Shown piece by piece: positions 37,260-46,904 of a stretch of 64,000 nucleotides of DNA. Source of the stretch: Candidatus Poriferisocius sp. (GTDB lineage Bacteria; Actinomycetota; Acidimicrobiia; Acidimicrobiales; Bin134); contig NZ_OZ241977.1 in assembly GCF_965204145.1 (NCBI RefSeq), positions 3,487,811 through 3,551,810 on the forward strand, in the 5' to 3' direction. The position numbers and the translations under genes are program-made. The notes under the pieces are model-generated. The model was not told where the DNA came from. It searched no databases and saw only the letters and a program-made list of their open reading frames with translations. The first letter of the stretch is position 1, and the number at the start of each line of letters is the position of its first letter.

Positions 37260-39035
37260 ATGAGCGAATCCGAAGCAACCGCACCAGCCGGACGGCGGGC
37301 GGCAATCTCACCGTTTCAAGCGATCTCCGCGGGCATCGTGGCCGCCGGGGCTGCGCTGGGCTTGAGCGAGATTCTGTCGGGGCTGAGCCGCAAGATCCCG
37401 TCGCTGGTGGTGTCGGTGGCCGAGGAGATCGTGGACATCACCCCCGGGTTCATTGCCCGCTGGTCCATCGACACCCTGGGCAGCGCGCAGAAGCCGGCGT
37501 TGGTTTGGGGCATCGTCATCGTGTCGATTCTGCTCGGCGCGGTGTTGGGTTGGCCGTCTCGGAAGCGCTGGTGGGTGATGCCCGCCGGACTCGTGGCGTT
37601 TGCCGTGGTTGGCGGGTGGGCCGCGGCCCGCAACCCGCTGTCCAGCGACGGTTTGGGGTGGATGTCGGGCCTGGTGTCGGGTGCCTTCGGGATCGCGGTG
37701 TTTCTGAGTCTGTATGCGCTTGCACTGGCTGCAATTCCATCGGGCGAATCCCAAGAACCTGCCAGAGAGCGGCGAGTGCCTATGGTGGGCCGGGGCCGCT
37801 TCAACGACCGGCGCCGCTTCGTCGGAGCGGTTGGCATCATGGCTGGGGCTTCGCTGGCCGGCGGCCTGCTCGGGCGATGGCTGCGGCGGCGCGACACTGT
37901 GGAAGGAGCTCGTGAGGGGGTTGCCGAGGCTCTCCAAGGACGCACAATTGCCACACCGACTGCCCGACCCACTCCGGTTCCCACTCAGCAGGCGAGGGCA
38001 GAGCCCGTGCAATCAGATGCCACCCCAGGGGCGACGCCGGAGGCCACGGCCGAGGCCGGAGCCGATCCGACGGCTGATCCCACCGCTGAGCCCACCCCCT
38101 CAGTCACAGCCGAACCGGTAGGGGAGCCCAACTTCGACTACATCGCCGGGATCGCTCCGCTCATCACTCCCAACGAAGACTTCTATCTGATCGACACCGC
38201 CCTCTCGTACCCTCAGGTGGACCCGGCGGACTGGTCGCTGCGGATTCACGGCATGGTGGACCGAGAGGTGGAGATCAGCTTCGACGAACTGCTCGACCTG
38301 GGTCTGGTTCGAGAGCAAGTGACCTTGTCATGTGTCTCCAACAGCGTGGGCGGACGCCTGGTGGGCAACGCCGAGTGGGTGGGAGTGCCGCTGGCCACCG
38401 TGTTGGACGAGGCCGGGGTGCAGCCGGGGGCCACGCAGATTGTGGGTCGCTCGGTAGATCGGTGGACCGCGGGCTTTCCCACCGAGGTGGCGCTCGACGG
38501 CAGGGTCGCCATGGTGGCCGTGCAGATGAACGGCGAGCCGCTGCCCATCTCCCACGGTTTTCCCGCCCGCCTGGTGGTGGCCGGGCTCTACGGCTACGTG
38601 TCGGCCACCAAGTGGCTGTCGGACATCGAGCTCACCACCTGGGAGGGCTTCAACGGCTACTGGATTCCCCGCGGTTGGTCCAAGGAGGGGCCGATCAAGA
38701 CCCAGTCCCGCATCGATGTGCCCCGCGTGGGCTCTGTCATCGACCCTGGACCCACGGCGATTGCCGGAGTGGCCTGGGCGCCGAGTCGGGCCATCGAAAC
38801 GGTGGAAGTTCAGGTGGACGAAGAGCCGTGGGTGGAGGCTGAGCTCAGCCGTGAGACCACCATCAACTCCTGGCGGCAGTGGATGGTGACGTGGAACGCC
38901 ACCCCCGGCCGGCACCAAGTGCGGGTGCGGGCCACCGACGGCACCAACACCACGCAGACCTCCGAGATCACCGACCCCGCCCCCGACGGCGCCACCGGCT
39001 GGCACACCATCCAAGTAAGGGCGGAGGAGGCCTGA
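37260..39035 (+). CDS. Molybdopterin-dependent (sulfite-oxidase-fold) oxidoreductase with N-terminal multi-TM domain and Pro/Thr/Ala-rich linker
   Basis: VTLSCVSNSVGG (Mo-ligand Cys context), MNGEPLPISHGFPARLVVAGLYG and an Ig-like C-terminal dimerisation region. About 6 TM helices at the N-terminus. Confidence 0.85.
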   Translation: MSESEATAPAGRRAAISPFQAISAGIVAAGAALGLSEILSGLSRKIPSLVVSVAEEIVDITPGFIARWSIDTLGSAQKPALVWGIVIVSILLGAVLGWPSRKRWWVMPAGLVAFAVVGGWAAARNPLSSDGLGWMSGLVSGAFGIAVFLSLYALALAAIPSGESQEPARERRVPMVGRGRFNDRRRFVGAVGIMAGASLAGGLLGRWLRRRDTVEGAREGVAEALQGRTIATPTARPTPVPTQQARAEPVQSDATPGATPEATAEAGADPTADPTAEPTPSVTAEPVGEPNFDYIAGIAPLITPNEDFYLIDTALSYPQVDPADWSLRIHGMVDREVEISFDELLDLGLVREQVTLSCVSNSVGGRLVGNAEWVGVPLATVLDEAGVQPGATQIVGRSVDRWTAGFPTEVALDGRVAMVAVQMNGEPLPISHGFPARLVVAGLYGYVSATKWLSDIELTTWEGFNGYWIPRGWSKEGPIKTQSRIDVPRVGSVIDPGPTAIAGVAWAPSRAIETVEVQVDEEPWVEAELSRETTINSWRQWMVTWNATPGRHQVRVRATDGTNTTQTSEITDPAPDGATGWHTIQVRAEEA

Positions 39036-39060
39036 TCCTCCTCCGTGCCTCACTTACCCG

Positions 39061-39261
39061 TCAGTCTTCGGGCTTGCTGAGTTCCTTGATGATGTGTCTG
39101 GCCAGTCGTTCGTTGATTTCTCGGTGGCGAGGTACAGGCTGATAAGCACCAGTTGCTGGATTGCGGTACCAGTCGTGTTTTGAGCCGTGCCGAACCAGGA
39201 CGGCACCTGCCGCTCGGATCCGCTTGACTAGATCAACCCGCTTCATGCCCGGGTGTGGCAA
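39061..39261 (-). CDS. hicA: HicA-family type II toxin (mRNA interferase)
   Basis: 66 aa. LVKRIRAAGAVLVRHGSKHDWYRNPATGAYQPVPRHREINERLARHIIKEL fits the HicA pattern (GSH..., P.H.EI). It follows hicB with no gap. Confidence 0.85.
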   Translation of the reverse strand: MPHPGMKRVDLVKRIRAAGAVLVRHGSKHDWYRNPATGAYQPVPRHREINERLARHIIKELSKPED

Positions 39262-39558
39262 TCATGCCAGCGTGAGATCAGTGACTCGGCGTACCCCCGG
39301 CAGTTCGCCGCTCGTCAGGTCGGTGTAGAGGTCGCGCAGATGCTGCTTGAGATCGTCCAACGTCTCTCCCTGCGTCCAATAGTCGGGGAACTCTTCCAGG
39401 TATCCGAGCCAACATTCGTCCTCTTGCCAGTAGACCATCTTCGTAGTCGTCACGTCTGCCTCTTCCTTCTGCTCGTTGGCTCGCACTTCCACACGGGCCC
39501 CCATCCCCTCGGTGTCGCCCACCAGTTCACCGTAGCTAAGGCTAACGGTACCTCCCAA
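39262..39558 (-). CDS. hicB: HicB-family antitoxin (N-domain only, UPF0150-like)
   Basis: MVYWQEDECWLGYLEEFPDYWTQGETLDDLKQHLRDLY matches the HicB/UPF0150 core. No C-terminal HTH/RHH is visible. The true start may be ATG 39438. Confidence 0.75.
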   Translation of the reverse strand: MGGTVSLSYGELVGDTEGMGARVEVRANEQKEEADVTTTKMVYWQEDECWLGYLEEFPDYWTQGETLDDLKQHLRDLYTDLTSGELPGVRRVTDLTLA

Positions 39559-39674
39559 TAGGTTGTTCCCAATCGGGAGGCCATCCCCCTACGCTTCTGG
39601 AGCAAGAAGGGTCTGTTAGCTACGACCTCCAAGCCATCAAAACGGCTACTCATGTTGATGGTCGCTGTTGGGGG

Positions 39675-41984
39675 CTAGCCCCAGTGGTCGGCTTGGTACT
39701 CGATCATGTCGTCGCCATGGAGTTGCTTTGTGGCGTTGCCGATGCGGACCCAGAACTCAGATGGGGGGCCTCCTCCCTCTGTTGCCTTGGTGAAAACAGG
39801 CTTTGCTGAGGCAGCAGCGGTGACGACGCAGACATTGCTATTCGCGTATGGCTCAAATTGGATTCGCACCGTTGCGGCGGTTGGGGCAGACAGGGTGTTG
39901 TCCAGGAGTTGACGCAAGAACAGTTCATAGCCATCTGAGTTGCCTTTGCTCCCCAGTGTCCGCATGTCGTCGCCAAGTCCGATCACATTCGCGTCGTCAT
40001 CGACCCCGATCAAGAGCTTGCCTCCTTCGGCATTGAGGAAGCCGCACACAGTCTTGGCAATGACATGCTCCATCCTTTTGTCTGGCTGGCCGGTGTGCAG
40101 GTTGAAGCGAGCGGTGGACTTGAACTCCACGGTCTGCGATTCTCCAGCCGCGATCAGGTCGACCACGGTGGAGGAGGAGTGGTCGTCGCTCTGGCCATCC
40201 CACAGGCGTTCAAAGCCATTCCGAGTCGCTCTGGCCATCAACACCCGGCGCTTCTCCAGAAAGTCTGAGTAGTCCAATTGCTCCCAGCCGACAGGGAGCG
40301 CGTGCCAATGGATCTGCCTTTGCCGCTGATCTGGGTTCAGACGGCTGGACATTGTCGGCCAGTACTCCATGGGGTCATCAGCCCCGATGTCAGAGTTGTC
40401 CGGCCAGTCCAAGAAGGCCATGTTTGCGATGGCATTGACCTGTCGAGTCTCGGTGACTCCCTTGGCATTCAAATGGGCTCTAGGAAACAGGTGATGACGC
40501 TCGACTGATCGAGGTGCACTCTCTCCAGGTTTCAGCATGTCCCTCATCTTGAGGTTGCTGAACAGAAGCTCGGCATCGAGCACGTTCAGGGCGGCCCAGT
40601 AGGCACAGAGAGCAGGGGACTTGGCTGATGAACTGTCGAGCCTGGCCGGAAGCGATACCTCCCAGTAGTCGTTTGTGAAGTTGGCCTTGATTTGCCGGTC
40701 GAGCTCGGCACAGAAAGCTTCAGGATTGTTCGGTTCCAGGGAGTTGATGCGGCCAAGGTCGGCCTCCAAGGCGGTTTCGCTTGATCCCGTATAGCGACCG
40801 GTGGTGTGGGCCATGAAGAACCATCGCGCCATCACGGTCTGAAGAGTCGAGACGCTCAGACCAAAGTCTCGACGGCCGATCAGCCAAATGACATAGCAGT
40901 AGATCAAGGCAGTATCAGATGTGATCATCCGTCGCCCTCGGAAGCCAGCAAGGGTCAGGCATTTGAGGTACTCGTGCCAGTTGGTGAGGTCCAGCACTTC
41001 GTCTTGGGCCAAGCGCAGCCGTTCGAACTGCTCATCTCGGCGAGCAGATGACACCTCTCCGGTGTTGAGGTCCTTGCCTCGTAGAAGGCTGTAAACGTGT
41101 TGTAGGCGAGCCCGGCGGAAGGCGAGGCCAACACCCGCCCGTAGGAGTTGGTCGGGGCTCGGATCAATGAACGTGTTTTTCGGCGAGGGGCCCTGTACTG
41201 AAGGGTCAACGGCGTCGCGGCTGAATCGCTCAAGCTCTCTCCGGCCTTTCTCCCAGTGAACCGACATCAATGTGAGAATGAAGTCTGCTTGGTTGAGCTG
41301 CACCCCTTCTGAGTTGATGCGCACGAAGATTTCCGCAACCTGTTCCTCGTCCGCATTCGCATTCAGTTGGATGACTTGGAAGCGAAAATCCCTGAGGTCG
41401 CGAACTCGGTCTATTCGGCCTTCTAGATCTTCTTCCTCATCCTCGGGCATTTCCTCACCTCGATTCTCGGCCAGCCTGGCCAAGAAGGCGCGCACAGTTG
41501 CCCGATAGCGGTCCTTCCATAGTTCGGTTATGTCGGGAATGAATTCGGGATCTCTTCGAATAGCCGCATCGGCGACTTCAAACGTCTCATCGGATGGCCG
41601 GAAGGCGATCTGGATCTGGCGATTCTCGAAGGACTTGGTGAGCACCCTTTGCCCGGTGAGCACCGCAAACAGGGAGGTCAGGCGTTGCTGCCCGTCAACG
41701 ATGAGTTGCTTGGCAACCCTGTCGTGCTCGCCTCCCCCAACTTGTCGGGTGCTGGTGTCGGCACCGGTTTCCCAGAAGAGCAGTGTCCCAATCGGGTATC
41801 CCCGATACATGGAGTCGAAGAGGTCGCGCACCTTGGCTGATGACCAAACAAACGGCCGCTGGATATCAGGTAGAGCAATCTCGCCGTGCCTGATCTCTTC
41901 GATCAGGTGGGTCAACGAGTAATTGGTGTCTCGGTACAGCGTCGGCGGCATGGGCCGAGAGTCTATGGGGGTGGCTCTGGTCAA
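39675..41984 (-). CDS. DUF262 (GmrSD N-domain, ParB-like) plus His-Me-finger (DUF1524-like) plus C-terminal AlbA_2/Schlafen-like domain fusion protein. Candidate modification-dependent nuclease / defence protein.
   Basis: DIQRPFVWSSAKVRDLFDSMYRGYPIGTLLFWE and IVDGQQRLTSL are the DUF262 signature (residues about 25-240). ERHHLFPRAHL...NAIANMAFLDWPDNSDIG is nuclease-like (about 495-535). ESQTVEFKSTARFNLHTGQPDKRMEHVIAKTVCGFLNAEGGKLLIGVDDDANVIGL resembles AlbA_2 (about 607-755). GC is lower than the flanks. Confidence 0.8.
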   Translation of the reverse strand: MTRATPIDSRPMPPTLYRDTNYSLTHLIEEIRHGEIALPDIQRPFVWSSAKVRDLFDSMYRGYPIGTLLFWETGADTSTRQVGGGEHDRVAKQLIVDGQQRLTSLFAVLTGQRVLTKSFENRQIQIAFRPSDETFEVADAAIRRDPEFIPDITELWKDRYRATVRAFLARLAENRGEEMPEDEEEDLEGRIDRVRDLRDFRFQVIQLNANADEEQVAEIFVRINSEGVQLNQADFILTLMSVHWEKGRRELERFSRDAVDPSVQGPSPKNTFIDPSPDQLLRAGVGLAFRRARLQHVYSLLRGKDLNTGEVSSARRDEQFERLRLAQDEVLDLTNWHEYLKCLTLAGFRGRRMITSDTALIYCYVIWLIGRRDFGLSVSTLQTVMARWFFMAHTTGRYTGSSETALEADLGRINSLEPNNPEAFCAELDRQIKANFTNDYWEVSLPARLDSSSAKSPALCAYWAALNVLDAELLFSNLKMRDMLKPGESAPRSVERHHLFPRAHLNAKGVTETRQVNAIANMAFLDWPDNSDIGADDPMEYWPTMSSRLNPDQRQRQIHWHALPVGWEQLDYSDFLEKRRVLMARATRNGFERLWDGQSDDHSSSTVVDLIAAGESQTVEFKSTARFNLHTGQPDKRMEHVIAKTVCGFLNAEGGKLLIGVDDDANVIGLGDDMRTLGSKGNSDGYELFLRQLLDNTLSAPTAATVRIQFEPYANSNVCVVTAAASAKPVFTKATEGGGPPSEFWVRIGNATKQLHGDDMIEYQADHWG

Positions 41985-42069
41985 GCGCCCCAGAAGTGGA
42001 GCGGGTGGGGGGCGGGTGAACTAGTGGCGGGTGCCACCAAGGAGGGGTGAGGAGAGTCCTTCCCTCTGG

Positions 42070-43752
42070 TTACTCCTCCACGAAGGTGTTGGCAGCCTCG
42101 CCTGACAAGACGGGCTTGAGCACCTTGCCGGAGGCATTGCGGGGAAGGGGGTCGGTGCGGATCTCAACGTGGGCCGGCACCTTGTAGTAGGCCAGCTTCT
42201 CTCCGACGAACTGCTGGATATCGGCGGCGTCGAGCGATGTGTCGGGGTGGGGTACGACCACGGCCTTCACCTCTTGGCCCAGTGTCCGGTGGTCCACCCC
42301 GATGACCGCGGCCTCGTGGATGCCGGGGTGCTCCTCCAACCGGTTCTCGATCTCGATGGGGTAGATGTTCTCACCGCCCCGGATGATCATGTCCCGCACT
42401 CGGGAGGCGATGGTCAGCATGTCGCCCCGCATGTGGCCGAAATCGCCGGTGCGCAGCCAATGCCCGGGAAAGAAGGCAGCCTCGGTGGCTTGGGGCTGGT
42501 TCCAGTAGCCGGGCATCACGTTCGGGCCCCGAACGCACACCTCGCCGACGGTGCCGTCGGGCACCTGTCGACCCTCGCTGTCTCGGATCTCCACTTGCAC
42601 GGTGGGAAGCGGCGTCCCCGCGCAGGTCGGATCATCGAGCAGCATCTGAGAGGTGGCGATGGTGGCCAAGGCGCCGGTCTCGGTGCTGCCGTAGCCCACC
42701 TGCATCTGGGGCGCGGCATCGGGCAGCCGCTCCCGAATGGCCCGCTGAAGCTCAGGCGACCACACCGATCCGCCTCCGCCGCACGCCCGCACCGAGGAGT
42801 GGTCGTAGTCGTTCAGCGCGGGGTGCTCCAACAGCCGCCATACCTGGGTGGTGACCCCGCCCCATCGGCTGATCCGCTCCCACTCGGTGAGCTGGAACAC
42901 CTTTTCGGGGTCGAATCGACCGGTGGTCCATACCGACTTCATGCCGTTGGCCACCATGGCCACCGCGGCCGAGTGCAGCCCCGACACATGGAAGAGAGGA
43001 CTGCTCACCAGCGAGCACGGCTCGGGGGCATCGGGGTCGGCAGGGCGATCGGCCAGGCTGGCCAGCATGGCCGAGCGGGCGCCGGAGAAGGCGGTGATGC
43101 CCAAGAAGGCGATGATGTTGCGGTGGGTGTTGACCGCCCCTTTGGGCCGTCCGGTGGTGCCCGAGGTGAACAGCACCACCGCGGGATCGTCCTCGTCGAT
43201 GGGAACGTCGGGCAGGGGAGCGGTCATGTCGAAGCCCGACAGCCGGTCCTCGAAATCCTCCTCTACAACCACCGTGGCTATCCCGGGATCGGCCCCCTGG
43301 AGGCGGGCCAAGCGCTTCTGGTCGGCGATGAGCAGCTTGGGCTCGGTCAGCTCCAGCCCGTGGACGATCTCGTCACCGGTCCACCAGCCGTTCATGCCCA
43401 CTGCGATGGCCCCCAGCGAGATGGCCGCCCACATCCCGATAACCCACTCCGGGCTGTTGGCCCCCAGCAGGGCCACCCGGTCGCCGGGGCCGATGTCGTA
43501 GCGCTCGGCCATCGCCGCGGCGGCCGACGCCACTAGCCGCTCGTGCTGCACGAAGGTGTAGCGCCGGCCATCGTCCCAGATGAACAGCTCCCGGTCGCCG
43601 TGCTCGACCGATCGGGCCAGCAGCTCCCGGAGCGATCTGGCCCGGTTGGCGAACACCTCGTAGACCTCGCCGTTGACGGTGGCGGTGGTGGTCTCAAAGG
43701 GGCTTCCGGGGGCGCGCAGGAGTTCCTCGGCCTCTTGAAGGGTCATTCCCAT
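42070..43752 (-). CDS. AMP-dependent acyl-CoA synthetase/ligase
   Basis: The track ORF was trimmed to ATG 43750-43752 (MGMTLQEAEE...). LFTSGTTGRPKGA (AMP motif I), YGSTE and TGDFG motifs. The upstream part of the ORF is antisense to the ACAD gene. Confidence 0.88.
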   Translation of the reverse strand: MGMTLQEAEELLRAPGSPFETTTATVNGEVYEVFANRARSLRELLARSVEHGDRELFIWDDGRRYTFVQHERLVASAAAAMAERYDIGPGDRVALLGANSPEWVIGMWAAISLGAIAVGMNGWWTGDEIVHGLELTEPKLLIADQKRLARLQGADPGIATVVVEEDFEDRLSGFDMTAPLPDVPIDEDDPAVVLFTSGTTGRPKGAVNTHRNIIAFLGITAFSGARSAMLASLADRPADPDAPEPCSLVSSPLFHVSGLHSAAVAMVANGMKSVWTTGRFDPEKVFQLTEWERISRWGGVTTQVWRLLEHPALNDYDHSSVRACGGGGSVWSPELQRAIRERLPDAAPQMQVGYGSTETGALATIATSQMLLDDPTCAGTPLPTVQVEIRDSEGRQVPDGTVGEVCVRGPNVMPGYWNQPQATEAAFFPGHWLRTGDFGHMRGDMLTIASRVRDMIIRGGENIYPIEIENRLEEHPGIHEAAVIGVDHRTLGQEVKAVVVPHPDTSLDAADIQQFVGEKLAYYKVPAHVEIRTDPLPRNASGKVLKPVLSGEAANTFVEE

Positions 43753-43779
43753 AGACCCTGACGCTAGAGTCCCGCAAAG

Positions 43780-44970
43780 ATGGATTTCGACCTCAACCCC
43801 GCCGAGAGGGATTTCCGCGACGAGGTGCGGACCTGGCTGGAGGAGCACCTGGTGGGGGAGTTCGCCGGTTTGCGAGGCCGGGGCGGCATGGGCCAGGAGG
43901 ACATTCCCGCCGAGCAGCAGATCGCCTGGGAGCAGGAGATGGCCAGCGGCGGCTGGCTGGGCATCGACTTTCCGGCCCACCTGGGCGGCCGGGAGTGCAG
44001 CTTGTCGGAGCAGGTGCTGTTCCACCAGACCTATGTGGAGGCTCGGGCGCCGGGGCGGCTGCCCAACATGGGGGTCACGCTGTTGGGGCCGACTCTGGTG
44101 GCCTACGGCACGCCCGAGCAGCAGGAGCGATTCGTGCCCCCGATTCTGTCGGGCGAGGAGTTCTGGTGCCAGGGCTATTCCGAGCCCAATGCCGGGTCGG
44201 ATCTGGCCAATGTGGGCACCAAAGCAGTGCTCGACGGCGATCGATGGGTGGTCAACGGCCAGAAGATCTGGACCTCGCTGGCCCAGTATTCCGACTGGTG
44301 CTTCGTGGTATGCCGCACCGACCCGGACTCTGCCCGCCACGCCGGCCTCTCCTACCTGCTGGTGCCCATGGACCAGCCGGGGATAGAGATCCGCCCCATC
44401 GTGCAGATCACCGGCGGAACCGAGTTCAACGAAGTCTTCTTCGACGACGCGGTGACCGATGCCGATCTGGTGGTGGGCCAGCCCGGCCGGGGCTGGGAGG
44501 TGGCCATGGGCACGCTGGCCTTCGAGCGGGGGGCGTCCACGCTGGGCCAACAGACCTACTTCCGCCAAGAGCTGGACGCGCTGTTGGCCGAGGCCAGGGC
44601 CAACGGCACCGCCGATGACCTGGTGGTTCGCCAGGAGCTGGCCCAGGCCTACGCCACGTTAGAGATCATGCGGTACAACAACTTGCGGATGCTCACCGTG
44701 GTGGACGCTGGCGGAGTGCCGGGGCCGGAGATGTCGATCGGCAAGCTGTTGTGGTCCAACTGGCACCGTTCGCTGGGCGAGTTGATGGTGGGGGTGCGGG
44801 GGGCGGATGCCATGGCGGTGGCGGCCGCCGACGGCGAGGAATACTCGCTGGACTCCTGGCAGCGCACGTTCCTGTACAGCCGAGCCCACACCATTTACGC
44901 CGGGTCGAACGAGATTCAGCGAAACATCATCGGCGAGCGAGTTTTGGGCCTTCCCCGAGAGCCGCGATGA
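43780..44970 (+). CDS. Acyl-CoA dehydrogenase
   Basis: 396 aa. WCQGYSEPNAGSDLA and IYAGSNEIQRNIIGERVLGLP are typical ACAD motifs. Confidence 0.9.
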   Translation: MDFDLNPAERDFRDEVRTWLEEHLVGEFAGLRGRGGMGQEDIPAEQQIAWEQEMASGGWLGIDFPAHLGGRECSLSEQVLFHQTYVEARAPGRLPNMGVTLLGPTLVAYGTPEQQERFVPPILSGEEFWCQGYSEPNAGSDLANVGTKAVLDGDRWVVNGQKIWTSLAQYSDWCFVVCRTDPDSARHAGLSYLLVPMDQPGIEIRPIVQITGGTEFNEVFFDDAVTDADLVVGQPGRGWEVAMGTLAFERGASTLGQQTYFRQELDALLAEARANGTADDLVVRQELAQAYATLEIMRYNNLRMLTVVDAGGVPGPEMSIGKLLWSNWHRSLGELMVGVRGADAMAVAAADGEEYSLDSWQRTFLYSRAHTIYAGSNEIQRNIIGERVLGLPREPR

Positions 44971-44997
44971 TTTCAAGTATCGGAAAGAGGAGCAGCC

Positions 44998-46155
44998 ATG
45001 GCTGAGGCATACATCATCGACGCGGTCCGCACCCCGGTAGGACGACGGGGCGGCAGCCTCTCGGAGATCCACCCGGCGGATCTGGGGTCCCATCCCATCC
45101 TCGGGCTTCTCGATCGCACTGGTGTCGACCCGGCCGCGGTTGACGACGTGATGTACGGCTGCGTGGACGCCCTCGGCCCCCAAGCCGGTGACATCGCCCG
45201 CACCGCCTGGCTGGCCGCCGGACTGCCCGAGCACGTGCCCGGCACCACCATCGACCGCCAATGCGGATCGGCCCAGCAGGCCGTCCACTTCGCGGCCCAG
45301 GCAGTGATGGCTGGCGTGAACGACATGGTGGTGGCCGGCGGCGTGCAGAACATGAGCATGATCCCCATCGGCGCGGCCATGACCGTGGCCGAGCACGTGG
45401 GGGTGACCGATCCCGACCCCTTCACCGGCTCCGACGGCTGGGTGGACCGCTACGGCACCCAGGAGGTTTCGCAGTTCCGAGGGGCGGAGATGATCGCCGA
45501 GCACTGGGACATCAGCCGGGAGCAGATGGAGGAGTTCGCCCTGGCCAGCCACGAGCGGGCCGCCACCGCCACCGATGAGGGCCGGTTCGACAACGAGATC
45601 CTGCCCCTGGCCGGTTTGGAGTTCGACGAGGGCATCCGGCGGGGCACCACCATGGAGAAGATGGCCGGCCTGTCCACGCTGATCGAGGGCGGGCGGCTGA
45701 CCGCGGCGGTGTCCAGCCAGATCTCCGACGCCGGCTGTGCCATGTTGATCTGCGGGGATCAGGCGGTGGCCGATCACGGGTTGAAGCCTCGGGCCCGCTT
45801 CCACCACCTCTCGGTGCGGGGCGCCGACCCCATCTACATGCTCACCGGCCCCATTCCGGCCACTGAGTACGCCTTGGCCCGTACCGGCATGACCATCGAC
45901 GACATCGACCTGTTCGAGTGCAACGAGGCCTTTGCCTCGGTGGTGCTGGCCTGGATGGGCGAGCACGACGTGCCCCACGAGAAGGTCAACGTGAACGGCG
46001 GGGCCATCGCATTGGGCCACCCGTTGGGGGCCACCGGGGCCCGGCTCATGACCACCCTGCTGAACGAGCTGGAGCGCACTGGCGGCCGCTACGGGCTGCA
46101 AACCATGTGCGAGGGCGGCGGGCAGGCCAACGTAACCATCATCGAGCGGCTGTAG
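44998..46155 (+). CDS. Thiolase (acetyl-CoA C-acyltransferase family)
   Basis: IDRQCGSAQQAV (active-site Cys), NVNGGAIALGHPLGATG and CEGGGQA motifs. Confidence 0.92.
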   Translation: MAEAYIIDAVRTPVGRRGGSLSEIHPADLGSHPILGLLDRTGVDPAAVDDVMYGCVDALGPQAGDIARTAWLAAGLPEHVPGTTIDRQCGSAQQAVHFAAQAVMAGVNDMVVAGGVQNMSMIPIGAAMTVAEHVGVTDPDPFTGSDGWVDRYGTQEVSQFRGAEMIAEHWDISREQMEEFALASHERAATATDEGRFDNEILPLAGLEFDEGIRRGTTMEKMAGLSTLIEGGRLTAAVSSQISDAGCAMLICGDQAVADHGLKPRARFHHLSVRGADPIYMLTGPIPATEYALARTGMTIDDIDLFECNEAFASVVLAWMGEHDVPHEKVNVNGGAIALGHPLGATGARLMTTLLNELERTGGRYGLQTMCEGGGQANVTIIERL

Positions 46156-46162
46156 CCAGGGC

Positions 46163-46900
46163 ATGACCGAGTTCGCCGACAAGGTGGTGATCGTCACCGG
46201 CGCGGCTCGAGGGATCGGCCGGAGCACCGCGGCGTTGTTTGCTGACGCGGGAGCGGTGGTAGTGGGTGCCGACCGCGATGTGGAGGCACTGGAAGCGGTG
46301 GAGGGCCTATCGCTACGACTGGGCGGCGACGTGGGCGACACCCACGATGCGCATGCGATCATCGACGACACCCTGGAGTCCTACGGCCGAATCGATGTGC
46401 TGGTGAACAATGCCGGGGTCTGGGTGCTCAAGCCCACCTCTGAGATCACCCCCGAGGAGTGGGACGACCAACTTTCCACCAACCTGCGGTCGTTCTTCCT
46501 GCTGATCCGCCGGGCCTATCCCGCACTGGCCGAGGCCGGGGGCAACGTGGTGAACGTGGCCTCCATTGCCGCCCTGCGGTTCACCACCCCCCATGTGGCC
46601 TACGCCTCGGCCAAGGCCGGGGTGATCGCCATGACCAGAGACCTGGCCGCCGAGTATGCCCCCAACGTGAGAGTCAACGCGGTGGCCCCCGGCCCCATCG
46701 ACACCATGCACCTCACCGCCTCGATGACCCCCGAGGAAAAGGACGACTTCGGCCGCCGCTACCCGCTGGGCCGCATGGGCGAGCCCGAAGACGTGGCCCA
46801 CGCCATCGTCTTTCTGGCCTCCCCCAAAGCCGCCTACATCACCGGTACCACCCTCCCCGTCACCGGCGGCACCGAACTCGGAGTCCCCAGCCTGTTCTAG
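46163..46900 (+). CDS. SDR-family oxidoreductase (3-oxoacyl reductase-like)
   Basis: VTGAARGIG, NNAG and YASAKAGV motifs. Confidence 0.88.
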   Translation: MTEFADKVVIVTGAARGIGRSTAALFADAGAVVVGADRDVEALEAVEGLSLRLGGDVGDTHDAHAIIDDTLESYGRIDVLVNNAGVWVLKPTSEITPEEWDDQLSTNLRSFFLLIRRAYPALAEAGGNVVNVASIAALRFTTPHVAYASAKAGVIAMTRDLAAEYAPNVRVNAVAPGPIDTMHLTASMTPEEKDDFGRRYPLGRMGEPEDVAHAIVFLASPKAAYITGTTLPVTGGTELGVPSLF

Positions 46901-46904
46901 CCAG

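Larger units (their letters stand above)
39040..42069. other. Lower-GC accessory islet (hicBA plus DUF262 fusion gene)
   Basis: Hand count gives 53% GC at 40501-40560, versus about 65-70% in the flanking metabolic genes. All three genes are on the minus strand. No integrase, transposase or obvious flanking direct repeats. Confidence 0.6.

Noticed and set aside
39450-39653. 67-aa minus-strand ORF overlapping the hicB 5' region and the intergenic spacer.
   Set aside because: It is out of frame with the recognisable HicB core and has no motif. It is probably spurious, and the spacer more likely holds the hicBA promoter/operator.
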